Below the pieces are notes generated by a model. It saw only the letters and a program-made list of their open reading frames with translations, was not told where the DNA came from and searched no databases. DNA of 64,000 nt from Nemertoderma westbladi (Eukaryota > Animalia > Xenacoelomorpha): contig JAUCBJ010003070.1 in the NCBI GenBank assembly GCA_032718475.1, positions 124,001 through 188,000 of the forward strand, given 5' to 3'. This document shows, one piece after another, positions 38,130 through 47,963 of the stretch. Positions within the stretch are counted from its first letter, which is position 1. Each line of letters starts with the position of its first letter. A program made the translations under genes and the position numbers.

Positions 38130-38215
38130 ACCGAACGAAAACTGCCGTGGTCCATGCGGGGGATCGAACCCATGACCTATGGTAGATGTGAATTCAATGC
38201 AACCACTACACCAAG
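38130..38215 (-). other. tRNA-derived (SINE-head-like) segment in the left arm; mirror copy at ~62420-62505 (+)
   Basis: A-box GGTGTAGTGGT and B-box GGTTCGATCC, followed by GGCAGTTTTCGTT as in the SINE fragments. Confidence 0.55.
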
Positions 38216-38309
38216 GTGGAACAGTAACATTCGAATTTGTTCGTTGACGTTCGAATTTGTAAGACTCTGATTTAAGACCTGAGACACTCCTAAAGTCTCG
38301 AGTTTTAGG

Positions 38310-38820
38310 TCTGAGGCACAGACTATGCCTCACTGAGGCTCAGACTATGCCTCACTGAGGCATTGAGGCACAGACTATGCCTCACTGAGGCACATACTAT
38401 GCCTCACTGAGGCACAGACTATGCCTCACTGAGGCACATACTATGCCTCACTGAGGCACAGACTATGCCTCACTGAGGCATTTAGGCACAGACTATGCCT
38501 CACTGAGGCATTGAGGCACAGACTATGCCTCACTGAGCACAGACTATGCCTCACTGAGGCACCGACCATGCCTCACTGAGGCACAGACTATGCCTCACTG
38601 GGGCACTTAGGCACAGACTATGCCTCACTGAGGCACAGACTATGCCTCACTGAGGCACTTAGGCACAGACTATGCCTCACTGAGGCATAGACTATGCCTC
38701 ACTGAGGCACTGAGGCACAGACATTGCCTCACTGAGGCACAGGCTATGCCTGACTGAGGCACAGACTATGCCTCACTGAGGCACTGAGGCACAGACTATG
38801 CCTCTCTGAGGCAAAGACTA
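38310..38820. repeat. 22/30-bp palindromic minisatellite (GCACAGACTATGCCTCACTGAG)n
   Basis: Tandem array seen directly; core TGCCTCA-C-TGAGGCA. Confidence 0.95.
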
Positions 38821-39784
38821 AATAGCCGAATTATATTGCATTACATGAACAATAAATTACTATATTCTAAATCTATTAAAAATATTAAAAGTCTATTACT
38901 ATATACTAAAGCTCTATATATTTTGCACTGAAGTGGAATAATTTAGATGCTGGTGGAATCTGGTTTGCAAGGGATATTTGAATGGTGAGTATAACTATCC
39001 TTGGGAGTTAGTGTGACCTTATCTCTCTGTGGATCGGCATTACCACTGTACTTGCATCTGCTCTCTCATGGGCTGCCTAACTTTCCTCACTCGAGTCCTG
39101 ATTGGCTGCGTAACTCACCCTCGCGCCGGTCGTAATAGTCAGGTCAGGTATTCTAGGTCTTTATTCTTATTCTTGATCAAGAAAACTTGCCACCTCCATG
39201 CAGCATAAAGGAGGTGCCACCTGTAGCTGCATAGACCCTCTTACTAGGGCAAATCTGGTCCTGTAACTAGGACCCCGTTCGTTCTGGGATAAGGACGCCC
39301 TTGGTCCTGGATTAAGGACCCATATACTTGGCTGCAGGGGTATATGGCCTGACCAGGCAGATGGTGATCTACCAATGGCTGGTCAGAGCCAATGGCTGGA
39401 GAGTGTTCTCATGTCCACTCTGAGAGCACTTCACTGCGACCTGCACCTGGCAGCAAGGGTACAGGGCATGACCCAGCAGATGAGCTGCAACACCCAATGG
39501 TGGGTCATGTGCGCCAGAGTAGATATGGGTGATGGGCCTCATATCTGACTCCATTGCGACACCCACCCTGTGGAATGGCAAACCAGGGTGTGGTATTTGC
39601 CCCGAGAGCTGATTGGATAATCCATTCTAGCCTCCCTCTATAATAACCCCCGTTCACCGCATTCCCATTCATTCTCTAATTTTTATTTTTAAATGTTTTA
39701 TTTATTTTCATAAAAGTCTTATTTATTAAAAATTTTGTAAATCATTTAGCGATTTATTTGTATGTTTGAGTTCCTTTCATAATA

Positions 39785-39910
39785 GTATTAGGGCTATTTA
39801 TCCATAACAATTATATTAGTATTAGGGCTATTTATCCATAACAATTATATTAGTATTAGGGCTATTTATCCATAACAATTATATTAGTATTAGGAGTATT
39901 TATCCATAAT
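39785..39910. repeat. ~35-bp tandem repeat upstream of the Penelope-like ORF
   Basis: TAGTATTAGGGCTATTTATCCATAACAATTATAT three to four times. Degenerate similar sequence at ~42025-42090. Confidence 0.8.
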
Positions 39911-40000
39911 AATTATAAATGATATTGAAAAATATCTATATAGCGAGAAATATATATTAGCGATAGAACCTTCTCTGCAGTTGAACTTAAAGTTTTAAGC

Positions 40001-41764
40001 TTGGGGCTCAATTTTGAACCCACACCTAAGTCATTAGATGAAACAGCTTTTATTGTATCAATAGAGTTAGGTGCCAAGAAGTTAGGTGGAACCAAGGGAG
40101 CTTCGTTTAGACACGAAGCATTAGCATTAGTAGAAGGTAATAGAGGTAAACCAGTTGTATCAAATTTAACCCAATCTGAATGGGAGGCCATGGAGGACCT
40201 AAGAACAGACAGCACAATTATAATCCGCCCAGCAGACAAAGGAAATAAAACTGTAGTTATGAACAAAGCAGATTACAACGACAAAATGTTTTCAATATTA
40301 AATGACACAGCCCAGTTTGAATTACTATCTTCAAACCCTAACTCAAAATATCACAGAGCAGTAAATTCTACTCTTAAGTGTTTGGTTGACTCTGGTGCTA
40401 TTACCCATAAATTACGTACGCGACTAAACAGTCACCACTCGCAATTACCATACACCTATGGAAACCCAAAGATCCATAAAGAAGGGATCCCCCTACGGAA
40501 CATTGTAGCTTATTCTAACGCCCCTACTGGTAATGTAGCGTCATTTGTAGCGGGTATTTTATCCCACTACCTATCATTTGGGGACTCTTACATTAAAAAT
40601 TCCTCGGATTTCACGGATAAACTTCAGACAACTACAGTAGAACCCGATGACATACAAGTCAGTTTTGACATAGTAAATATGTTTGGGAACATCCCAAAAT
40701 GGGAAGCATTAGATGTAGTAATGGAAGTTATACGTGCTGACTGTGACTTTCAGGAAAGAACTAGTATCTCAAGTGACGCCTTTAAGTCACTATTGACCTT
40801 AGTCCTAGATCAGACGGCATTCCAATATAATGACTCATTTTATCGCCAAAGTAAAGGGTTACCTATGGGCAACCCAGTATCCCCAGTGTTAAGTTGCATG
40901 TTTATGTACAAATTAGAACACACTGCAAGACAAAAAGAATTATTGCCCTTAAATTGGTATAGATATGTAGATGACACTCGGTGCGTAGTAAATAGAAATA
41001 AGGTAGACACATTACTAAACAATCTAAATAATCTCCACACGAATATCACTTTTACGGTAGAAACCCAGAACTCGCAAGGATCATTGCCGTTTTTGGACGT
41101 ACTAGTAACACTGAATAATAAAAAATTTCTAACTTCTGTATATCATAAACCGACTCACTCAAACAGATATCTAAACTTTGCATCAAACCACCACCCTCGT
41201 ATAAAACAAGGTGTTTGTTCGGGTTTATTCTACCGAACAAATAGAATATGTTCCTCCACCCAAGCCCGAAATGACACACAGACGGAGTTAATGAAAACAT
41301 TGCGCCTCAATGGGTACCCACCCAGAGTTATCTACAACACAAAACGACGGGTCAATACGCGATTTGATAATCCGAGAACCCCACCGCCTAAGGACAGCTT
41401 TGACATAAAAATAGGTCTCCCTTATATCTCTGGTTTAACAAGTAGTCTAGAAAAAGTCTGCGCTCTTTATGGTATAGATACGTATTTCCTCACGGGACGA
41501 AAAATAGGATCTTATCTCTTAACAGGACACAAACCAAAAGCACTACCTAGGGGAGTTGTTTATTGCATACCTTGTGAATGTGACCGTGCATACATAGGCC
41601 AAACAGAATATACCCTAGACGATAGACTGGTTCAGCATGATGCAGACATCAGACACCAACGGGCCAAAGCAACAGACCTTGCAGAACACCACGTTGTAAC
41701 AGGACATGTACCCAGATTTGACCTAGCATCTGTAGTCGGTAAGGGCAGTATGGACAAAAATTAA
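40001..41764 (+). CDS. Penelope-like element RT plus GIY-YIG endonuclease (ends truncated)
   Basis: VLSLGLNFEPTP, IRPADKGNKTVVM, YGNPKIHK, SFDIVNMF, GLPMGNPVSP, YRYVDD, LPFLDV, VYHKPTH, GVVYCIPC...YIGQT...R..QH...LAEH. Confidence 0.92.
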   Translation: MGLNFEPTPKSLDETAFIVSIELGAKKLGGTKGASFRHEALALVEGNRGKPVVSNLTQSEWEAMEDLRTDSTIIIRPADKGNKTVVMNKADYNDKMFSILNDTAQFELLSSNPNSKYHRAVNSTLKCLVDSGAITHKLRTRLNSHHSQLPYTYGNPKIHKEGIPLRNIVAYSNAPTGNVASFVAGILSHYLSFGDSYIKNSSDFTDKLQTTTVEPDDIQVSFDIVNMFGNIPKWEALDVVMEVIRADCDFQERTSISSDAFKSLLTLVLDQTAFQYNDSFYRQSKGLPMGNPVSPVLSCMFMYKLEHTARQKELLPLNWYRYVDDTRCVVNRNKVDTLLNNLNNLHTNITFTVETQNSQGSLPFLDVLVTLNNKKFLTSVYHKPTHSNRYLNFASNHHPRIKQGVCSGLFYRTNRICSSTQARNDTQTELMKTLRLNGYPPRVIYNTKRRVNTRFDNPRTPPPKDSFDIKIGLPYISGLTSSLEKVCALYGIDTYFLTGRKIGSYLLTGHKPKALPRGVVYCIPCECDRAYIGQTEYTLDDRLVQHDADIRHQRAKATDLAEHHVVTGHVPRFDLASVVGKGSMDKN

Positions 41765-42286
41765 AATTCATGTTTGAAAATCTTGTACAGTTGTAGGCTA
41801 TAATTTCTTTATCCTTATATTATATACAACGTGTGCAATTCCTTACCGGTATTACAGTAGTACTTCAGTACTTACCATACCAATTCAGATTTTCTATTGA
41901 TAATGACGGGAATTACCCGCCGAAATATATATACCTTAATCTGTTAATATAATTAATTTATAATTTTATAAAAACTCCGATTTTTCAATATCATTTATAT
42001 TTCGACAGTCACAACGGTTATACATAATAATTATATTAGTATTATAAATGTATTTACCCACAATATTTATTACTATTAGGTCTATTTATTCGAGAAAATA
42101 TATGTTTTTTATAATATACTTTGGAAAATTAGTTGATTAAGTAATAATTTTTAAAACTTTAAATAAGGGTTGAGTTATTTTGTAAAGTTAAGAAGAGTGA
42201 ACCAATAGAGGCAACCTGAAGTCTAATCTATTGGCCTTTACTCATAAGACAGCGCATTAACTCCCAAGGTTGCATACTATCACTAT

Positions 42287-43631
42287 TGTTCGCGCTTTTG
42301 AAGACCTTTAGCAGTTTAACCTGCCAAAATTTATATGTCTTTTAGTTAATTAACACACCTTTAGCATACGACAATATTTTATGCTAATAAACAAAACATT
42401 AGCCGAAGCCAGCCCATGCGCGATCATTCACCCGATGGATACACCCGGGAGGCTGAATTCGGATGCTTAAATTTTATTATTGCAGTGTAAGGTTGCAGTG
42501 TAAACCTACTGTATTATTCGATTGATCGTTAATAATTAATTTCTGACAGATATTATTAGCTTTCGGGAAATATTAACAGTTCCTTTAGGACGTGGCGCTC
42601 TATCTATTTAAACAGAGCTAGGACTTATACTAAACGCAACGATAATGCTTATGATTAAAGTATAAGGCGCATTCTTTAGGAAATGCTTTGTTACCAATCA
42701 CAATCATGCACACGATTCTGCCGACCGTCAGTAAATTTGATCACACATAAAGAGAACAGCAATTGACTCATGTAGTGTCTGCTAAATAACATTAGATTCA
42801 ATACACACCACATTGATATAAATCGCAATTATTATGTATAGCCTGTCTCTCTAACCTGTAGTGTATCAAGAAAATTGGGAATTTTGGGTGATTTATCCGT
42901 ATTCTCCAAAGGGCAATATTTCATCAACAAATCGATACAATTAATAACTGACGGTAAATAACAGTACAAACAATATAATTAATAAGTAAAGTTCGGGAGA
43001 ATCATATGACTACCAGTGAGTTAGTTAGTTAGTGAGGTAACAGTTATACTTTCAATAATTTAAGCAGTTTTACTAGAGTTCTTCCCAAAAGCCGGTGTTA
43101 TGGCGAAAAATGGGAACACAACAACAGAATCATATGAAGAATCATATGACTACCAGTGAGTTAGTTAGTTAGTGAGGTAACAGTTATACTTTCAATAATT
43201 TAAGCAGTTTTACTAGAGTTCTTCCCAAAAGCCGGTGTTATGGCGAAAAATGGGAACACAACAACAGAATCATATGAAGAATCATATGACTACCACTCTA
43301 TACGAGGATACCAACTACCCTTATTCCCCGAAGCTCCCGTCCAACACAGAGGATGAGCATACAGATAGGAAATTCAGTTCAGTAGCTCTGGGATAGGTCG
43401 AAATCAACGCCAACTCAAATTCTATTGGCCGATACGGAACACAGGGCTGAGGCAACCTCCCTAAGCTGGTTGGCCGATCAAACAGAACCCAGATCCCTTC
43501 GCACAGCAAATCAGCCAATCAGCCGGTAGCTTGCACTATTCTAGCTAGATATCCCTTTTTAGAGTATTCAGCGACTGGGGGGAACTGGTTAGCAAAGCAA
43601 ACGAATCAGTTATCCCACAAAAGCTTTTACA
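42287..43631 (-). repeat. 3' LTR of element B
   Basis: Direct repeat of 59887-61231. Contains a 140-bp tandem duplication (~43000-43295). Confidence 0.97.
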
Positions 43632-43640
43632 CCGCTCCCA
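43632..43640 (-). promoter_or_regulatory. Polypurine tract
   Basis: Minus-strand TGGGAGCGG directly before the 3' LTR; identical in element A. Confidence 0.7.
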
Positions 43641-43709
43641 GAAAATGGGATTTAAGTCTATAAAATATACAAAATCACAGTTTCTAAAATATAAAAATAC
43701 TCTAAACAG

Positions 43710-46700
43710 TTAGTCTTTTTTGCGCGGACGGCGTTTACGCAGTTTTTTAAAGCTAGCAAGAGTCTTTTTCTCTTTGGGGCGAGCCACTTTACGAGGAGGG
43801 CTATAACTCCTGGGTGAAGGGTGCAATATGATTGCATCAGAAGGTATGGGATTACGATCGGTATATCCGCCGGTCGAAGTGCCGGGTTGGTCGACTTCCA
43901 CTTCGGTGGGGAGGGGTTTAACGACCTTTAGAGCGCGTTTTAAGACGGCTGCTCTTACGGGTCCTTTAAGAGTCGTCTGAACGAGAGCCGTGGGTGGGCC
44001 ATAGGCAGTCAGAAACTTCCTTGGTTTAATGGTTCTTTCCAACTCGCGTTCGCGGGCTCGGTACTCGTAAGGCCGTCGATATACTTCCTGTAATTCGGGG
44101 TGTGAGTTGACAAATAAGTCTCCATAGGCAGGGTCTTGACGGATAAAGTTTATTAAGTTGTAAGAATAGATGTCACTCGGATTAATGCTCCTGAGAAATT
44201 TGCGTACATATTTGGTTGAAATACATTCTCCAATGCGCTTCAGTAGTTCATAACTTGATAGGCGTGATTTCTGCTCGACGGAGGCAAACAAATAAGGATG
44301 GAACGCATAAACTCCTTCGTAAGCGCGTCCAGGGTAATAGCGATGGCGTGAATCACAATGTAAATCAGCGTTCGCTTCCCAAGCTCTGATATAACGTAGT
44401 ACAATCATTTCATCTACGCTCTCTAAATCATGATTAAAGGGACAATCAAAGCTGGCGTGTCCTTTTAATTGACAATGATGGCATTGAGTCATAAATTGGG
44501 GGCAGACAGCAAAAATGTGCAAATTATTAAGCCGACAATATGCACAATAGATTTCCATCGACGGTTGCTCGTGGAAATAGGAACAGAGATCGTTGGTGTC
44601 CATAGACGTAATATGGTCTCTCGATGCGCACAGCCGACAACGTTGTCGAGAAACATAATTGGCATGGCGATAATCATACGCAGTAAGACACTGTGGACCT
44701 TGATACCATTCCAATATGTAGTCGCTATCGCTACTCCGAGACGTGGGGGGCTGAATCTCTTCAGATTCTAAACATATGGGTTCGTCTTCCCCTTGTATAG
44801 TTGAGGTAGGCATGGCCGTCTCCTCAAGTGGACCTACCGTCTGAATTTCCACGACAGAATAACCTGTGGGGATTCGAGGTCTTTGGATAACAGAGGAGTG
44901 CAGGTTTATTATACAAATGTCTTTGAAAATAGCAAATCCAGCGCTATCTAACTTCTCCGCAGCCGAGTCTCTTAAGCTGAGCTTGGTCAAAGCGCGGTCT
45001 TTGAATTGGCTATCCACGTTGCGAAACGGGGTTAAAAATCGTCGGAAACATTCAAAGCGGATGAATTTATTATGTTCATCTAGCTTAGCGAGTTTGGTCC
45101 CAAGTATTAATGGATGGGCGCGTATAGTACGACTGCACACATCGGCTAGCCAACCGGAAAGTGCGGTGTTTTCGAAGATCGTGTAGATAGCTAAGGAGGG
45201 GCGGAGTGGAACACTCATGAAGCTATACACGGCGCCAGGTGCGGTCAACGGTCCGTCAAAGTATAATCGAGAATAATGGTCTCCGTATACTTGTTGATAG
45301 TTGATGGGATTTCCGACCTTGAAATTCCATCCGTATTCCTGAAAAGCAAGATGTCCGATGGAAGTTCGTTGCACCTTTGTAATGTTGCTAGACGCATTAG
45401 CATACATGGTGCGAAAGAAACCTCGGCCTTCGGCCCAAGGAGCTATCAGCTGAGTATCCACGAAAGGATAGGGGATATTTTCCATATTCCGAAAGTCGTT
45501 TTGGAGATCTCCGTAAACAGCTGAGCCGATTTTAATGATTCTTTCGTTGAATAACATCTCGAGAACGGGCTGGGGTAACATCGATCCATCGATACCCATG
45601 GCCGGTTTGCGTTCGGTGTCAATGACGTAACGCTGCGCGAGTTCGAATTGTCCATGTCGGAGATTCTTTTGCGTTTCGGTGAGAGTTTCAAAGGAATAAT
45701 CGATCACGTCGGAACACGCTCGCGTAAACACGTGAGTGGAACCAGCTAATCCGCGTATGTGTATCATGCGCGTAGTTCCTAATTCTCCGATTGGAACGCT
45801 ACCTTCGTTATCGTAAGTAACAACGCCATACATCTCAATGATATTAAGAGTTTCATTCCACTCTTTGGTGGCGTTCTCGAGGGTCATCCCTACTGGATGC
45901 CACAAGGTGGCGCATTGATTAGCGTCAGGGAGATCACTATACTTCATGTATCGAGTGGTATACGTCTCCACATTTCCATATCTTTGTATTTTCTCCTCCT
46001 CGAATAATACGTCTAGATTCCAATGGACTAATCGAGTTTTAATAAATCCATCGAGATTATAAGGAGGTTCTGTATCCTTCTCTATTCGAGAAACGTTATA
46101 TGGTTTTCGAAATGAGTTTACCTTTACTAACTGATCCAGATGTTTTTGCAATTGTTCGAGTTCGACAATGTCCAGAGGATTTATTAGTGGTAGAAACTTT
46201 AAATTATGCGTCGGATCTTCTGGTTTTACCATATAATATTGAGTCAGATTAACGTAATAAGGGTGGTCTTTAATTCCATAAAAAGAGTTCTGTAAAGGTC
46301 TAGCGCGTATGTTGACATCGTGTACCATACGACGGACAAGATCCGCTCGATTGTCCGGAGGTTCAACGAGTATACCGTCAACTCGAGCGGCCTCGATTGG
46401 CGGACGCTGTAACATAGGAGCGTCAGCGATAAGATTTTGCGATCTTATGCTGATATCAACCGGTTGGGGTTGTATCTTTGCAAAAAGTTTGTCTCCGAAA
46501 TGCGGAACCATCGAGGGATGACGGACGGTTTTAGAGTAGAGATCGGTTATGAGTATCTGAGCTTCGGGTTGGGCTAAAGCGGCTTCTTCTCTCTCATCCA
46601 TTTCCGTATGTTTCTCCTCTAGTTGATTTTCCTCCGCTTGTTTCTGTAAGCGTTCTTCTAGAAACTCCTGTAGAGAATACGTACGTCCAAGCTCGATGTC

Positions 46701-47963
46701 CTCTTCGAGGTTTTGGATTTCTCTATCAAACTGCGGCAAGGCTAACTCTTTCACCGATTGGACCTGCTGCTGTAATTTACGTTTCTCTAGAAAATCCTGT
46801 GTTCCCTTTCCGATTTTCTGTCGGATGGCGTCTAAAGCGTTTCTGATGACACTCTCCTCGACTTCCGTGGCAGGTTGTATCGGAGTTAATCCTGGCCGAT
46901 TGTAAGGATTAAATGGCGATGTTAGATGCCCGCGTCCCAATCCGGTTAAATAGGATGGTCGAATATCTAACGAACCTACCGCTGGAACACCACCGATTAA
47001 CTGCTCGGGTAACACCAAATCTTTGAACAGTGAGTATAACTCGGGAGGATCAGTGATACTGTTAGGATCAAGAGTTTGAGGTCTCACTGGGGAATGAGGA
47101 GGCCTGACCGAGTATTCCGGAACTCTGATCATGGGTTTATTTAGCGATCGTTTTAGACGGGCGATCGTAGGTGATACGTCGAACAGGTTTCGCTCGAAAC
47201 TCCCGTAAGTATAACGCGTAAAACTGTGTTTAGCACAACGTCTCCGCGGATGTTTATGTCTTTCCGTTTGCTGGTTAGGTCTAGGGCATGAGTCACAATA
47301 ATACCAAAGACGTACGTCCTGCAGAGGAAACGCGGGTGATCGTTCTCCAGTTTTGCAATACTCTTCCATTTGTTCAAAGCTGTCCGGGACAACAGGCAGT
47401 GGACGATCTGCGGTAAGATACATCATGGTGAAATAGAGTCGTTTGAGTTCTACCATGGGATCGTGATGTATACCTTGAGGATATCGAGTCTCTAGGTTCT
47501 GTTGACTGGCAATATTGAGATAGGTTTCTCTCAAAAATTCCAAGTAGTCGTTGAAGTTGATGCGCTTATCGGGTTCTTCAACGTTTTCTCTGTCGAGTAG
47601 GTTGCGAATAGAGTTCTCGTGTTCTATTCTCGGTTTATCATTACGATTCCGCTGGGCATGATATTTAAATAAAACCATTTCCCTTTCGGTGTCTACATCT
47701 TCCGTATCATGTAAATCGGTAGGATGGCCGGTAGTTAAGAAGTCCATATACGTACCATTACGATTCGTATAGCGAGCGGTGAATTTTCTATAGTCCAATT
47801 CACGCGTAAGTTGTTCCTGGGACATCGGCGGTTCGATATAACGACCATCGTCCTCCGTAATAGTCGGATCGGCTTCACCGCGTATCAAGCTATCCACAAA
47901 CGCTTGTAAAGGTAGAGTATATCGCTCTCTAATACCAAGGTCATCTTCTATCAATTCCGTCAT
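43710..47963 (-). CDS. Accessory protein of element B (1417 aa): DEDDy-like 3'-5' exonuclease domain, Cys/His zinc knuckles, basic NLS-like tail
   Basis: Intact ATG ORF. GVVTYDNEG (ExoI-like), LPQPVLEMLFNERIIKIGSAVYGD (ExoII-like), FVDTQ, SIGHLA...YG..FK. Knuckles CRLCASRDH, CAYCRLNNLH..VC, CHHCQLKGHASFDC. Tail KKLRKRRPRKK. No signal peptide or TM helix seen. Confidence 0.8.
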   Translation of the reverse strand: MTELIEDDLGIRERYTLPLQAFVDSLIRGEADPTITEDDGRYIEPPMSQEQLTRELDYRKFTARYTNRNGTYMDFLTTGHPTDLHDTEDVDTEREMVLFKYHAQRNRNDKPRIEHENSIRNLLDRENVEEPDKRINFNDYLEFLRETYLNIASQQNLETRYPQGIHHDPMVELKRLYFTMMYLTADRPLPVVPDSFEQMEEYCKTGERSPAFPLQDVRLWYYCDSCPRPNQQTERHKHPRRRCAKHSFTRYTYGSFERNLFDVSPTIARLKRSLNKPMIRVPEYSVRPPHSPVRPQTLDPNSITDPPELYSLFKDLVLPEQLIGGVPAVGSLDIRPSYLTGLGRGHLTSPFNPYNRPGLTPIQPATEVEESVIRNALDAIRQKIGKGTQDFLEKRKLQQQVQSVKELALPQFDREIQNLEEDIELGRTYSLQEFLEERLQKQAEENQLEEKHTEMDEREEAALAQPEAQILITDLYSKTVRHPSMVPHFGDKLFAKIQPQPVDISIRSQNLIADAPMLQRPPIEAARVDGILVEPPDNRADLVRRMVHDVNIRARPLQNSFYGIKDHPYYVNLTQYYMVKPEDPTHNLKFLPLINPLDIVELEQLQKHLDQLVKVNSFRKPYNVSRIEKDTEPPYNLDGFIKTRLVHWNLDVLFEEEKIQRYGNVETYTTRYMKYSDLPDANQCATLWHPVGMTLENATKEWNETLNIIEMYGVVTYDNEGSVPIGELGTTRMIHIRGLAGSTHVFTRACSDVIDYSFETLTETQKNLRHGQFELAQRYVIDTERKPAMGIDGSMLPQPVLEMLFNERIIKIGSAVYGDLQNDFRNMENIPYPFVDTQLIAPWAEGRGFFRTMYANASSNITKVQRTSIGHLAFQEYGWNFKVGNPINYQQVYGDHYSRLYFDGPLTAPGAVYSFMSVPLRPSLAIYTIFENTALSGWLADVCSRTIRAHPLILGTKLAKLDEHNKFIRFECFRRFLTPFRNVDSQFKDRALTKLSLRDSAAEKLDSAGFAIFKDICIINLHSSVIQRPRIPTGYSVVEIQTVGPLEETAMPTSTIQGEDEPICLESEEIQPPTSRSSDSDYILEWYQGPQCLTAYDYRHANYVSRQRCRLCASRDHITSMDTNDLCSYFHEQPSMEIYCAYCRLNNLHIFAVCPQFMTQCHHCQLKGHASFDCPFNHDLESVDEMIVLRYIRAWEANADLHCDSRHRYYPGRAYEGVYAFHPYLFASVEQKSRLSSYELLKRIGECISTKYVRKFLRSINPSDIYSYNLINFIRQDPAYGDLFVNSHPELQEVYRRPYEYRARERELERTIKPRKFLTAYGPPTALVQTTLKGPVRAAVLKRALKVVKPLPTEVEVDQPGTSTGGYTDRNPIPSDAIILHPSPRSYSPPRKVARPKEKKTLASFKKLRKRRPRKKD

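Noticed and set aside
38310-38820. Palindromic repeat arrays (also 61648-62320 and 11255-11650) resembling CRISPR
   Set aside because: No unique spacers, no cas genes, eukaryotic context. These are tandem minisatellites.
43321-43518. 65-aa ORF duplicated at 60921-61118
   Set aside because: Duplicated only because it lies in the LTR. No coding signal.
43710-47963. Env glycoprotein interpretation of the extra ORF
   Set aside because: No signal peptide, TM anchor or fusion-protein pattern. It has nuclease-like and knuckle motifs and a basic tail.
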